Source: Eledone cirrhosa (Eukaryota). From it: a DNA stretch of 64,000 bases. Shown one piece after another: positions 47,975-62,080 of the stretch (position 1 is the first letter of the stretch; each line of letters starts with the position of its first letter). A program made the position numbers and the translations under genes. The stretch spans positions 185,318,001 through 185,382,000 of the forward strand of contig OZ024743.1 of assembly GCA_964016885.1 (NCBI GenBank). The letters are read 5' to 3'. The notes beneath the pieces were generated by a model. The model was not told the origin of the DNA. It saw only the letters and a program-made list of their open reading frames with translations, and made no database searches.

Positions 47975-48810
47975 AAGTAATAGGTGAATCTGTAAGTACT
48001 AACAAAGAAGCCACAGCTGCTTTTCCGGCTTTAGTGAAAAATATTGAAGGTGAATACACAACAGAGCATATTCTAAATGTAGATGAGATAGGTATGTTTG
48101 GGAAATATATGTCAAAACAAATTTATATTTGTAAAGAAGAAACAACTGCACAACAGTTCAAGGCTGCTCTAAACCTCAAATAAAAAGCCGGGAACCACCA
48201 GAAGTGTGTTCTAAGATTGGTTTACTTTTGTGTTTCTCTTCAGCTGCCAAAGAGTATTGTCAGATTCCAATCCAATCTTGAGCCTTCTCACTCCTGTTGG
48301 AGGAACCCTTCCCTGGTTGATCTCCATCACTTTCTGTTTAGTTTTGGTCATGTCAGGGGTGTAGTCATACTCACCACACTTGGCCAATTACGGGTTGGTG
48401 AGGCTATTTAATCCATAGTTGGGGTGGATGGCTGTTGACTCTGTGGAGTTCATCTGTTCTTTTAACAGCTCTTATTTTTGTGCTACTGTGATACCCCTCT
48501 CCCTCACAAACTGGTGGGGGGAGCCAGTTTAGTTGCTGACCACTCAACCATGAAATAGGTTGTACTGGATTACATGGTACCAGTAGTAGGCAGAAGCCTG
48601 GCTTAACCTAAACTGTCAGATTAAGAATCTTGATTATATAAAGCCTTGCTTCTTGTGGGCCATGCTCAAGATCAACCTAACCTGGATGACTGATAGATAA
48701 CTTTCAAGTAGTATTTCTGAATCCAAACACAAGCAGCTTCATTCAACCTATGGACCAGGGGTTACTCCTATAGTCAAAATCTACTTATACAACACACCTA
48801 CAAAGCAATT
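47975..48810 (+). mobile_element. pogo/Tigger (DDE_1) transposase remnants, interrupted
   Basis: GESVSTNKEA...ILNVDEIGMFGKYM..QIYICKEE...FKAA (47975-48170) and VVFLNPNTSSFIQPMDQG (about 48700-48765). Confidence 0.8.
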
Positions 48811-51251
48811 AAGTTTTTAGGTCGTGAAACTAAACTTACTGTAAAGTAATTTTGGTATGGTTATCATACCACAAATATTATTGAGAATTTGACAGAGGTA
48901 CAGTGAGAAGTAAAATCAATCTGAATTTATCCAGATCGCATTGCAGACCGTGGGTTTTGTTCATTAGAAAAGTGTAATTATTTTATTAGTTTTTAATTAA
49001 CCTTTCACCTTTCTTAAATGTTTGTATAACACGTTTCAATATTCAATATTAGAAATGTTTTTATTTAGAAGTTTGGTAACGTTTTTGTTGATTTACAAAT
49101 ATACCATAGGGATGTAGTTAGTTAATGTCTGTTCTCAGCCAAAAGCTCATCAGGCCAGTGCTTATCCCCAGTTTCCTTGGTTTTAAACTACTGAGAGTAC
49201 AAGAATCTCACTGGACAGGACACTGGTCTATCACAGGATTAACTCTCTAGCTACTGCTGGTATTCATTTTCAGCTGAGTGTACTGGAGTAACATGAAATA
49301 AAATATTTTGCCCAAGGACACAATGCAGCAGCCTGTCCAGGAATCAAACTGACACCATTATGATCATAAGTCCAACACCCTAACCATTAGGAATGTAACA
49401 CTTGTTTATACCATTGAGCTTATGGTAAAATTGGTATCACTTTACATTGTCTTACTTAGTCACAGTTACTATGAACCTATCAATAACATTAAATGAGGGC
49501 TGACAGTAATTAGCTAGAAAAAAACAAAGAAATAAATTTCCCCAATGGAATTCAAAGTTTAATGCAAGTAAGTTAAGACTGGTTCAAGTAATGTTTAATC
49601 TAGTGAGTATCATTAACATAAGATAACATTTCTAGACTAGAGATAAATTATAACATAATGACACTTATGTGTTATTTTATTAAACATAGTAAAACCTTTT
49701 ATATACACAAATACATACACTTACAGATAAAAGAGAGAAAACAGAAAACATGATAATCAAAATAATAATTATACTAGCTTATAAAATATATTAAATTGGA
49801 AAGTAACAGTTTCTAACTAAAATAGTTTGATGAAATAGTTGCTTATTAAGGTAGTGACCAGTAAAAATCAGAGGTTCAGTGGGATATCATCATCATTGTT
49901 TCTACCCCCACATTTCCATGCTAGTATGGATTTGGACAGGATGTTTGGGGACAATGTTTTATAGTCAGATGCCATTTCTAATGCCAACCCTTTCAGTAAA
50001 CTCTTATGGCAGACAGAGAAATGGTGTACCTATTCTAAAAACTGGAATACATACAGATCCAGAACATGACTGGTATTTATTTTATCATACCCAGACAAAA
50101 TAAACTTAAGTGGAATTTGAACTCAGAACATAGCGGGACAAACCATGGAAAGGCTTAGCAGTTAAGAAACTGGGCTCACAAACAGTACTTGCCAGTTAAT
50201 TTTGTAAGCAGGCTGTTCTATTGATTAAATCAACAGGAGCCAGAAATGCCAGAAATGATGAATGACTGACGACACTTATTTCTAATACAGTAAAATACGG
50301 ATTTCTTAAATTGGTTCAAGACTAATAATTCACCTTCAGTATCATTTAAAAAAAATCTATACTTAATTTGATACTTTTTTAAAACTTACACATGTTATTG
50401 AAAGAGACCAAATGAAGCCTGCATAATTTCAACTCAAAATGTAGAATGATAAAACTTAATATTGTAAAATGTTTAATCCAAAATTAATGCTGTTGCCACT
50501 GTTTAATATCTAATAAAATAGTGTATTCTTAAGGATTAATTAAACACATCTAGGGTAACATTCAAACAACTTTATTACCATTATCTTTAACATTTAATAT
50601 CCTATTTGCAATGCTGTAGCCCTCTAAAAAAATACTATTTTCTATGCCTTCCACAATGATTCAAGCAAACAACAACACCCTCTTATCGAATAAGATAATA
50701 AAAATGTTAAAGAAGATTTTAATATAAAAAAACAAAACAACAGGAGCATGCCAAAAGAAAATATTTTCAAATTTTGCAGGGGACAAGGCAACCCTTCTAG
50801 TGCAGGTTCCATGATAAAATGTATACTCTGTGAAGTGGTTGGTGTTGATGCCAAGAAAACATGCTAACTCAAGCCTTGTGAGTGAATTTTGTCAAAGGAA
50901 AACTGCATGGAAGACCATCATTTTATACTACTGGGTATCTTTAGCAGATACCCAATGCTCAAACCCAATGTTGCAACATTCAGAACAAGCCTCCAGTATG
51001 GGAAAAACTCAGTACCCTAATGCTCAGCTTCCTACTTCAGCAACACATAAGTCTTCCTCTTCCTCCCATCTTAGAGATCTTACGATATGTTGCTTCCTAC
51101 TTTAACAACCTATAAGTCTTCCTCATGTCCAATATTCTCAGAGACCTTACAACATTCATGGACATGGCCCTTCATCATGAAACTAAGCCATAGAAGTTTT
51201 CTTTTTTTAAAGAAATAGATGAGTAAATAGCTGTATAATATAGATTTAGAT

Positions 51252-53791
51252 CACAGGTTCTCAACCCATTTAGGCCAAACGCCCCTTTTTGTCCCTTGAA
51301 ATCACGACCCCCCCCCCTCCCCACCTTATTTTTCCATTTTTCAATATACTACTGATTTTGATATCAGTAGATTACTAAAAAATTGATTAACAATATTCAG
51401 GCAGCTGAGAGTATAAATACATTCCTTGAAAGGAAATATATACATTTAAAAAAAAAGAACATAAATGTTCTTTTTTATGAATAAGGACCAGTTGAATTTG
51501 TAATATTCCCACCAGGCGATACCAGCTATTTTGAACATTTATACAAGAGCAACTCTGTCTATCCCAAGAGTGCTCTTATCTCGAAGAAAGTGGCAATTAT
51601 ATCATTTCAAAGCTTTCCAATTTTCCCTTTAATGAAACGGACAGAATAAATGTTGATATCAAATTTGATGTCCCCCTGCTTTGTGAGCTTAGAGACCACG
51701 GAAGAGGGTTTTCATGACCACGCGGGAGGGTATATTTATTAATAAATGGTAAAATATATACAACAAATGAGTAATTGAATTGTAGTAGATGGTTTCCAGT
51801 CCAGTCAGACTGCAACTACAAATAAAAAAAATTGTTAGTTTGCTTTGTAACAATAGCATATCCAAGTTTTCGTATAAATCAACTTACTTTAACTTTGACT
51901 CATTTCAATTGGACCCTTGAGCTTCATGGAGTCTAGCTAACTCTTTGACGTGAGGGTGAATTTTCCTAATATGTAGCCAGAGATCTCCACGTGTAATTAC
52001 ATTGTAGCGGTTGCGAGCCTTACTGTGTAGTCTGGAAACAACACCAAACCTCCTCTCGGCTAAGTATGAGCTTGGAAAAGGCTCTTAGCCTCTGCATTTA
52101 GGTGTGGAAATCAACCCTGAATTTCCTCTTGCATCCCAAAAAGGGGTTCACCTATTTTGGGAAATCTAATTTTGATCATGTCATCTGCTTGAAGTTCAAT
52201 GAATTCTTCCTGAAATTTAACGTCCAAATCGTCGACGTTAGCTATGAAAGCATCTGCTATCCACATTGGGATGTCCATCGGCAAAAGGTCGACAAACCGT
52301 TTTCTCATGTTGTCTTGTAGCGCACGGAGATGAGTGGTATAAATTTGGAGTTGGTGATCGTTTACAATGTTTTGAACATTGGCAACACTAGGAAAATTAT
52401 AGAATTCCTGTCAACAAAGATTCCTTTCGATGACATTCAATTTGGCCAGGAATGTTTTCACAGCATTCCTTGCTTTAAGCAATTCTTCCCCTGCAAAGCC
52501 AAAATGACGCTATTGCATTTGTCAAAGATGTTGGTGAGGTAGGCGCAGTCTTCCCTCACATCAAGGGTTTTCTTGTACAGTTCTGTGTTGCGTCCTCACA
52601 GAAACTCAATGATAGAGTCGAACAGTTCAAAGAAGTGAGTAAGGCACTTGCCCAGTGAAAGCCACCTCACTTCAGTATGAAGGAGCAACTTGATGAATTC
52701 TTCGTCATTATCTTGGCACAGTTGCTGGAAAATTCGTTCATTGAGGGAATGCCATTTGATAAAATTGATGACATCAATGGCCACCTGCAAGGACTTGCTC
52801 AGAGGCTTGCTGAATTTCTTCGCAGCCAAGGTTGTCGATGAATGACACAATGAACAGTAAATACAGATAGATTTTCTCTCTTCAGAAGAGTGACGAAGCT
52901 CTTATGTTGGCCGACCATTGCTCCTGCGTCGTCCGTAGCACATGAAACAATGTGTGTTGTATGTGGTCCTAGATGTATGTATTACCTGCCTGTGTGTTGT
53001 ATGTAGTCCTAGATGTATGTATTACATGTGGTCCCAGCTGTATGTATTACCTGCTTGTGTGTTGTATGTGGTCCTAGATGTATGTATTACCCGATTGTGT
53101 TGTATGTGGTCCTAGATGTATGTATTACCTGATTGTGTTGTATGTGGTCCTAGATGTTTGTATTACCTGATTATGTGTTGTAAGTGGTCCTAGATGTTTG
53201 TATTACCTGCTTATGTGTTGTATGTGGTCCTCGATGTATGTATTACCTGCTTATGTGTTGTATGTGGTCTTAGATGCATGTATTACCTGCTTATGTGTTG
53301 TATGTGGTCCTAGATGTGTGTGCTACCTGCTTCTGTGTTTTCTTTCTTTTTTTTATTTGTAATATTATTTATACAATAGGGAATAAAATAGATCTACATA
53401 GTGTTAACTCGTTACGGTTGAGTCAATAATTTCAGACATGAAATGCATTGTTATCGGTGAAGGAAAGATAAGATTCTAACTGGCTGCACTCAAAGTGTCC
53501 TTTGACCCAGATGACTGTGGGTTTTTTCATTTTTAGGATCTCAACTACCGGTTAATGTCTAGACACGCCTGCACACCTGCAGCCAGACTATAGTTATGCA
53601 GTCTGCAAGCTCATTCAAATGCATTCACACTGGCTGTCTCAAAGACATACAAATATGGCTTATAAAACTTACCAAAGTAAAGAGTCTTCCAGCGCCCCCT
53701 AGCCCCCCTAACGCGACCTTGCTCCCAAACGCCCCCCTGGAGTTCCGAAACGCCCCCTGGGGGTGCATATGCCCCCTGTTGAGAACATTTG
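51252..53791 (-). mobile_element. hAT (Buster/Charlie group) element with degenerate transposase, TIRs and 8-bp TSD
   Basis: TSD ATTTAGAT at 51244-51251 and 53792-53799; TIRs CACAGGTTCTCAAC / GTTGAGAACATTTG; CATDDAGAMVG, HCVIHR, LLLHTEVRWLS, FPSSYLAER.F motifs; subterminal CGCCCCC repeats. Confidence 0.92.
52951..53340. repeat. 40-bp minisatellite (~10 units) inside the hAT element
   Basis: tgtgttgtatgtggtcctagatgtatgtattacctgctta units. Confidence 0.95.
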
Positions 53792-54719
53792 ATTTAGATT
53801 AAGCCAATTGTAGAAAAATGTATAGTCAACGAAATTAGCCCCAGAAAACAACTGCTTCTTTTTATATCACCCCAGAATAGAAATAAAACTAATCCCAGCA
53901 TTATTCAAATACAGCCTAGTGGGATAAAATTCAACTATAGGTATTTTGGCAACACTTTAGTCACAACTACAGAGGCCACTCTCACTGGTTATGTAATATT
54001 GATTTTGTACAGAGAACAAGACTCAGATTTATAAGGGAGAAAATAAGGTGATGTGATGGTCATACTTTCTCAAGAAAATAAGATGTGTAAATTGTATAAA
54101 ATTGCTTCAGACAGGAATTAAAACCAGGTTGCACACTAAGCTCTTTAAGAAACAAGGTCGATGCCCTTGACATCAGCAAATTATTTGACCTTATCTAGTG
54201 TGAGAATCTTCTATAACTCAGACATTAAAGGCAGACATTAAAAGATCAACCATAGATTTTTCTATTAACTAGTTATGACATAGGACTGTCATCATGTCAA
54301 ACTTTTCCTTTCTTGAACATGCAGTAACTTTTAAATCTGTATAATCCACTTAATAAAAAACTGTATTTTTCACAAGCTTTCTTTACATATGAGGCAAACC
54401 TACACTAATTTCTTAGCTCTACTTCTAAAATCATTTCATTGTATCCTTAGCTTTGAGTTTCACCTTTTTGATACCACCTGAAACAACCTCTGGTGTTTTA
54501 ATATATAGCTGTTCATTTTAAAGTGTTTTTATCTAAAAACCTTCCATCATAATTTTATGTAAGAATATTTTTTAAAATGGGGTCCCACCAGCTTAATAAT
54601 GAGAAGGTTACTTATATCACTAAATCCATTCAAATTTTTAATTATTTTCAAAATCATTTGAAAATCATAAGCAGTGTCTTTCATTATATGTATGGTAATG
54701 AAAGGGTTAAGATAACATA

Positions 54720-56380
54720 GCCATGAATCATCTACAGACCAATACATTTTCTGTTGATGGGCTGTCAGAATAAAAAGGTACATCAGCAGCATTATCTGCA
54801 TACTGCAACTCATAAATAACTATGGTCAAAGTTTTGGCGCAGACAGAAAGCCTAAGGAGATTGAATATATTTCCATCTAAGCAATATCTCACACATATTC
54901 GAGCTTTCACATCCATATAATACCTTGAGAGGAATGTTACAATGACAAGATATGTGTTAAAAAGAACAGAAGCAAGAACATATCCATGTTGAACACCAAC
55001 TCTGACCTCAAAGAGCAGAGATGATTCACCACCCACATAAACAATGGCAAAACTAATCTTGTTTTAGTGCTCCTGGCCTTTTCCAAGAGTTGCTTAACTC
55101 CAAAAATCATGTTGGCTGAGCCATGCAGAGGCTAGAAGCTGGCTGGAGGTTCAGGAAACATTCTTGAAGCTATTCTGTAGGAGTGCATAGAGGATGCAAG
55201 TAAGGATTTTTCCAATAACATCAAAAAGGGGTATGCTATGGTTGTGGTTGCAATCAGAATGATTATGCTTTTTTTTGTAAATGGCTATGATGGTGGCATG
55301 TTTCGGAGAAATAGGTATTTTGCTAACCATCCTGCAAAGTGAGAAGAAATCAAATAGTTTCTCCTTCAGGTGAGCACCACAATACTTGTAAATCATGACA
55401 GAAATAGTATCCTTGCATGGTTACTTTTTGCTGTTTAATGCAATTATTGCAATAGTAATTTCATGATCTGGTGGGCATTTATCAAATTCCAGCTCCAAAG
55501 GAAGTATTGTGAGTTTGTCCTGTGCAAATGAGTCAGTTGGATTTATGCATTCAGAAGTTCTCAAAACAGATCTGGCCAAAATATCTAGTCTGTGTGTTTT
55601 GTCTTTTCTCTCAGCTATGTGTAAAGGAGCAACTGTCTTTTGTAGCAGGGCCAAATGTACTCTTAATTGCATTATAAAGCTATCAAAAACCAAATTTAAG
55701 GCTGTACTTCTCTTGTTTATTTTGGGAGCATCATCTCACATGACACAATGTTGACTGAGGAGCTTAATAACTGAATGAAACAGGACTCTTCTGCATTTGA
55801 ACACTGTACCTTTTGCATTTATATGAAGGTCACTGCTTACCACTCTGTCAGCGTCTCAATCCTATTGTATGGATGTAAAGTATGGAGACTCTATATGAAA
55901 CAAACCAGAACATTGGAAGCCTTAAACAGTCACTGTCCATGAACTCATTCTCCACTTGACCAGATACATAATTCATATGAATGACTCCTGATTGTCAAGG
56001 ACAGTGCATTATAGCAAGGTAACAAAACTCTGTCAATGCAGTGATACTAGGAAGTGTTGGAAAAACCAACTGAAGCACATCCTCACAGCTTGTGCAATTC
56101 TTGCTAAATATCTTGAAGGAATGGCTATAGATCTGAACGTGTGGTAAAGAGTTTACTATGATGGTGTCCAACAGTTTGAAGCCAAATCCACCAGTTAACA
56201 GGATGATCAAAGGGCAGCCCATCAACATTGCCAAATTCTATTGATCACAAAGCAACAACAATGTAGTTTTTTATCCATATTCAGTTTATTCCTGGATATG
56301 TCTACCACATATTAGACTTGTATCACACCTGATGTCCATCAGAAGTGCGCATGATGTATCTAATGGGAAGGGGCAACATC
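54720..56380. mobile_element. Degenerate RTE LINE in two oppositely oriented segments
   Basis: Minus 54720-55760: ATIIAIYKKK..DC, GVQHGYVLASVLFN, LDGNIFNL, ELQYADN. Plus 55790-56380: KVTAY.SVSVSILLYGC..W. Confidence 0.7.
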
Positions 56381-56479
56381 ATCAAATTCATGCAAACTCA
56401 CCATAAATATAGTTTCCCAATTTGAACATTAAGTACAATAGTCTCACCTAATCATCTCAAGCCATGAGTTTAAGCCTAT

Positions 56480-56852
56480 AACAATGAATCACATATTTTA
56501 TCAGTTTAAACAATAGTATTTAGCATGATGGTGGAAGTCACCAAACCATGAATCACATATTTTATCAGTTTAAACAATAGTATTTAGCATGATGGTGGAA
56601 GTTGCCGAACCATGACATTTTATCATACCAATGTCAAACTATATCAAAACACATACTAAAGTCCTGCAAATAAGTCTAATCCATGACAATATGACACTGC
56701 ATCAAAACACATACAATGTCCTGCAGATAAGTCTAATCCATGACAATATGACACTGCATCAAAACACATTCTAATGTCCTGCAGATAAGTCTAATCCATG
56801 ACAATATGACACTGCATCAAGCATATACTAAAATGTTGTCCTACAGATAAGC
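56480..56852. repeat. 63-bp direct duplication followed by a ~51-bp tandem repeat (x3-4)
   Basis: atgaatcacatattttatcagtttaaacaatag x2; gtcctgcagataagtctaatccatgacaatatgacactgcatcaaaacaca x3. Confidence 0.85.
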
Positions 56853-58879
56853 GGTGCCAATGTGAAACCCCCCCCCCCCCCCCCTGAAAATGATAAAACT
56901 GATGGTCAAGATGATAATATACATAAGATGAAATCACCCACAATCACACCCCACTTTCTTTACATACATATACCTACACAACTAGAATCACATTTCTTAT
57001 AGTCCAACCACAGGAGCATCATAGCTTTGCAAAAATTGGCTCTAAGCCTTCGAAAGGAGTGTTAATGGCTTTGCACCTTGCGGAAATTCCAACAACAGTA
57101 TAACATTTCAAAACGTTTGTTATTTTAATCAAATTTATGCTAACGTCACTGATTATATATTGATAAATGTTAATCTTGTCTTTTAAAAGTAGTGCTAATT
57201 AAAATATAATATGTCAGACTGAGTAAAATTAATTAATTTCTAATTAAATTATGATGTTAAATGGAGTTGCAGCCAACAATAGTTTATCAATGATAGAAGG
57301 CCGAGATTGATCCAGTTTAATAATTGTTTCTACTTTTGGCACATGGCCAGCAATTACTCAGTACATTACTGGTACTTTATTTTATCGACCCCGTAAGGAT
57401 GAAAGGCAAAGTTAACCTCGGCGGGATTTGAACTCAGACCATAAAGAGTTTAATAATGTTTACATTGTAAATTCAGTTTGGTTAATTACACACCAACAGT
57501 TACCATTGTGAGTCAAGTCATTAAAGATTTTTAATTGACGAGGGTATAACTAGTCTAATCAAGCATGATAGTTACAGTTAAATGAACATTTGGAAGAAAT
57601 ATGTTATTAAAAACAAGAGAGATAAAAGGCAAAAAATCAACACCAGTGGGATTTAAAGTCAAAATATATCATCAAAAGTTCATAAAATACCACAAGACAA
57701 TGTGTATGGTGTTCTACAGATTCTGCTATAAATAAACACATATGTTAATATTTGAAAGTGTGTGAGTTTCAAATGTAGAAAATAACTGTAATAACAGTCG
57801 ATCACTATAGATAATAGTTGAGGAAATTGCGTAAATTATCATTCAAGTAGTGAAAAACTGAGCAGGGATGCCTATAATGAAGCGCTTTGATAATTTATAA
57901 GATTTTTTTAACATATTTTAATGTATATTCCTACTTACGTGAATAAGCTGAGAAGTATGTGATATAGAAAACAAAATTATCATAAAATAGGGATAGACTT
58001 AAATTCATTAGGCATCTTTAAAAAAGCATTGCAACAAACTCTGATTTTGTGTATCTTAGATTGTGATGTTTATTTTAGAAAGAAGTATTGTATATACTCA
58101 TGTATAATCTGATATCCACTCCATTCTATGTCTGGGAAATGGGCAAAAATCCAAACCCTATGTATAAGTTAAGGCAGCTAATCAACATATGTTTAGACGA
58201 CATTGTTTTGTAAATTCCTATCAGTGGAGAATATTTTTATGAAGTTTTGATGTTTTGATATCTAAAATGTTTTTAAGTGTCGTTTTGCGTATAGTTTTTT
58301 GTTTCACAACTTCATTACTTAACGATTTGTTTACCATTTCATTCATTTTATAAAATTTCAATAAGTTTCTTGAATTTCTGTTCACTTCGTTTTAGCAGAC
58401 AACAATAGTGCCATTTTCTGAGTGTAACAAGTTTATATTTAACATACAAATCGAATGAAATGCATGCTTTAAAATATTTGGAAACCATTTCATGTCCAAC
58501 AAATAGAATAAAAAATGAAATACACTGTAATTATTGATGGCACTGGTCCACTGTTATTTAATAATAGTTTCTGATGTAGGCACAAGGCCAACCATTTTGA
58601 GGAAAGGGAAAGTCGATTAAATCGACTCTAGTGCATTACTGGTACTTTATTTATCGACCCCCCCCCCCCGTAAGGATGAAAGCTCAAGCTAACTTCGGCA
58701 GGATTTGAACTCAGAACGTAAAAGCCGTAACAATACGTTGTTAGTTGCCCAACCGATATGCCAATCCCATGAAATGAAATAGATTAAAAATGAAATCATG
58801 TAAGTATAAGAAATTGAAAGTTACAACACCCTAGGGAAGCCACTAATTCATCAGATTTACAACACTGGTAAATAATTCT

Positions 58880-59170
58880 GTGGAAGTGCATAGCCTAGTG
58901 GTAAGACTGTTGGACTTATGATCATAATGTCATGGGTTCGAATCTTGGATTGGGTTGTGTTGTGTTTTATTGAAAAACTCTTCATTTCATGTTGCTCCAG
59001 TATAGTCAGCTGAAAATGAGTACCAGAAACAGCTGAGCGTTTTAACCCTGCAATGGACTGGTGTCCTGTCCAGGGCAGAGTCTTGTACTCTCAGTTGCTT
59101 CACACTACGGAAACCAGGAGAAGCACCAGCCTGATGAGCTTCCAGGCTTGAGACAGACTTTAGACTTTAA
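58880..59170 (+). mobile_element. Older CORE-type SINE with a different (non-RTE) tail; related copies ~16400-16660 and ~49130-49390 (-)
   Basis: A box TAGCCTAGTGG, B box GGTTCGAATC, CORE-like ttgctccagt..agtcagctgaaaatgag, tail ggaaacc...cctgatgagc...cagacttta. Confidence 0.75.
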
Positions 59171-61908
59171 ATAATGCTGATTGGATTTCAAGAGTAAGAA
59201 TATTTAATTCTTAAGACCCTGAAATGATTTAGCAGAAAAAAAAATCGAAAAATGGGTTTGTTAATTCTTATGTTTATAGTATCTTTATTGGTGAATAGAT
59301 CATTGTGAAAATGCTTTACAGTATTAGAATAAAGACTTTAATTTTTAATATGATGCTGTCATAGTGCTGTTTTGTAATTTTCAAGAATGGTTTGCTAATA
59401 AGTTTTTTTCATGTGGTACAGGATGTTAAAAGTTCTAAAAGAATTCAGTGGGTGTGTCACAGATTTGACATGTTGTGGTGTGTGTGTGTGCATGCACATG
59501 CCTTGAAACAATGACAGAAAAATACTAGCTAATAAAAATATTATGAATGAATTAGTTTTCTTGTAATTTGGTAAGATGTTTGACCAAACATGAAAATTAA
59601 ATGAAATCATTTTCAAACCACAAAAAAATAAAAGAATATGTTAAGTATATTTAATAAATAGCATGGAAAGATATTATTAGATATTAGTTGATATTTGATT
59701 TGAATTTAAATCTAAGAAATATAATTATTATTAGACCTATTGTTTTACGAACTCAATGTGTAATATTCAGCTTCTTCACCAAACTTCAACAAAAATATGT
59801 TTATATATATATTTGTGTGTGTGGTGTGTGTGTGTGTGTGTAGGATCCCGATGTAAATTAGGAGGCACAACTAAAAAAGGCACTCCATCCGTTAGTAGAA
59901 TATAGGCATATTCATTCTATTACAGAAATAACTTCTACAGGACTAAAACTGTTTCATTCGTAAGAAATCATTGTCTTGATGATTTCTTATTAATTCTAGT
60001 CTTGTAGAAGTCATTTCTATAATAAAATGAATATATATATATATAATATATATACAGAGAGAGAGAGTTTGCGGTACTGAGACGAGAGAGACCACTAATC
60101 ATAGGAATACTCAATGCATGGGGAGATGCAGAGTGGGTATACAGATATTATATCATCATCGTTTAATGTCTATTTTCCATGCTTGCATGGGGTAGACGAG
60201 TTATGAGGCTAGACAAGTCAAGTAACCACATTATGCTCATACTATTTATTTTGGTCTTGGTTTTCTATGCCTGGATGCACTTCCTAACGTCAACCACCTT
60301 ACAGTGTTGACTGTTTCTTTTGTCACGTACATATGTAGGCATGATGTGTGTGCGTATATATATATATATATGCAAATGGAGAGGGGGAGATGGATAAAGA
60401 ACGCTGATTTCTGGTATGAATGAAAGCAATTTAGAGCATTGCCCCCCCAAACAACTCTTTTTTGTTGTACATAGTCTAGAGTTTGTGTGGCAGACGGACA
60501 AAAAGAATCACTACCATTATTATTGTGATATGATTTATTTTATAACATCACTTTCTTCTCTTTGATTTAATTCCTTTTTATTCTTATTCGTTGTATTCGT
60601 TCTGTTCTTGTTTGTTGTATTGTTGACCCATACTAATTTCTTCTCTTATTGACTCTTTCTATATTATTCTTAGATTGAATAAAAATAATACAAAATAATA
60701 CAACAATTATTATATTGATTCTCCATCAACTTTACATACTAAAACTGAGCTTTTGCACTAAGGATATATACGAAATAAACAAATTCAGTTTTTTTTTAAA
60801 ATGTAATCTTAAAATGTCCAGTCATTTCCCTCAAGTTATTTCAGAAATGATGCGACAAGCTTACAAAAAAAGGACAAAACAAAAAACTCTCTAGAACTGA
60901 TTATCTGTCAAGTGGCACCACTCGTAAAATTATGTCACCCAAAAACAAAATTAAAGGGTCCTAGTCGAAACAGCACACTAATACACTTCGCAGGAAACAG
61001 GGCTGTAAAGATCATGTGTAAATTGAAAGCGAACAGGCTTTCGATATGTGAAGAGACTGTTTCAGCACGTTAGATCTGTAGGAAATAATGTAATATTTAT
61101 GCCTACCTCAAGGGCATAATCAAACCCAAGAGTCAGGCATGGCTCACCTACACGACCCTTGCTTAAAAGGTTACAAATAATGATGATAAAAATATGCATA
61201 GAAACGATAATTTATTTAAAAAAACAAACAAAAACAATAAATAAACATCACGAAAACGAATTATCAATAACAATAAGGAAGAATAAGTTGAGGCGGAAAT
61301 AAGTAAAAGACCGAATATATTAAAGTATTGTAGGATTAAAATAACTAAAGAAATCACATGGAAATATGTATCAAAGAAAACTGATACGTGTTCGATTTGT
61401 GAAGGATTAAGAAAATTCAGAAGTAGTCAAGGGACAAGGGAAAAAGTTGCGATATAAGAGAAAGAGGGAACAAAGAGTCGGTGATCTAAAGAGATCGATA
61501 TTTAAAATGACAGTTTTAAATATTTTCCATCGCAATAAGTTCTTGATATTAAGCCAGTTTCGCTGAAAGAACTGTAAAACTATATGATCAAGTAATTTCC
61601 CTATTTGTAAATTAAAAGAAAGCATTCTAACATATTGTTGTCATAACTATTTAAAAGAGACACTTCTTTTTTCTTTTTCTTCATTCAATTTTTAAAATGA
61701 TTTTCAGAAACTTTCTAAATTTTAGTGAAATATGATTGTTGAGAGTAGAATACAATAAATGTTAAGTAAATGCGATTCTGACGACAATGGAATCGGTAAT
61801 AGAAAAAGAGCATAAATATTATCAGTTAAAGAATATATATAGCAGCCGGACACACATTTCAATGTACACGCCCTATTAATGATAGAATACGACGAAATTC
61901 TTACTTAC

Positions 61909-61974
61909 AGTGTATGTCCCCGTTCCATCCTTATCTTGGAATTCTTTGGTATTGGGTATAGAGAGATGCATCAT
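61909..61974 (-). CDS. SNX17: SNX17 coding exon 1 (MMHLSIPNTKEFQDKDGTGTYT)
   Basis: ATGATGCATCTCTCTATACCC... then ACT|GTAAGT donor; 66 nt, phase 0; resembles the SNX17 N-terminus MHFSIP. The second ATG (61971) may be the true start. Confidence 0.93.
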
Positions 61975-62032
61975 AGAAAAACAACAAGAAAAATGAATGG
62001 GATTTTAAGTAAGCAGTAATTGTAAACTTATT

Positions 62033-62080
62033 CTAATATCTCTCGATGTCTCCAACAGATGCGGTTCGGCATGCCGCCAT
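62033..62080 (-). other. Candidate upstream ORF (MAACRTASVGDIERY*) in the SNX17 5' region
   Basis: ATG at 62080 to TAG at 62033, ending 58 nt before the main ATG; the TSS is unknown. Confidence 0.45.

Larger units (their letters stand above)
987..61974 (-). other. SNX17: Sorting nexin-17 gene span (start codon to stop), 16 coding exons, 477 aa
   Basis: Sixteen GT-AG exons join in consistent phase into one 1434-nt ORF. The translation aligns by recall along its whole length to SNX17 (MHLSIP..., PX-domain RYRQL and FPPK, KLQDFESPY, YWD, RMRCWR, C-terminal AFEEIGDEDL). Confidence 0.95.

Noticed and set aside
59105-59155. Hammerhead-like GAAAC ... CTGATGAG in the older CORE-SINE tail
   Set aside because: No stem III/UH cleavage site or stem I can be built between the motifs; it reads as an ordinary SINE tail hairpin.
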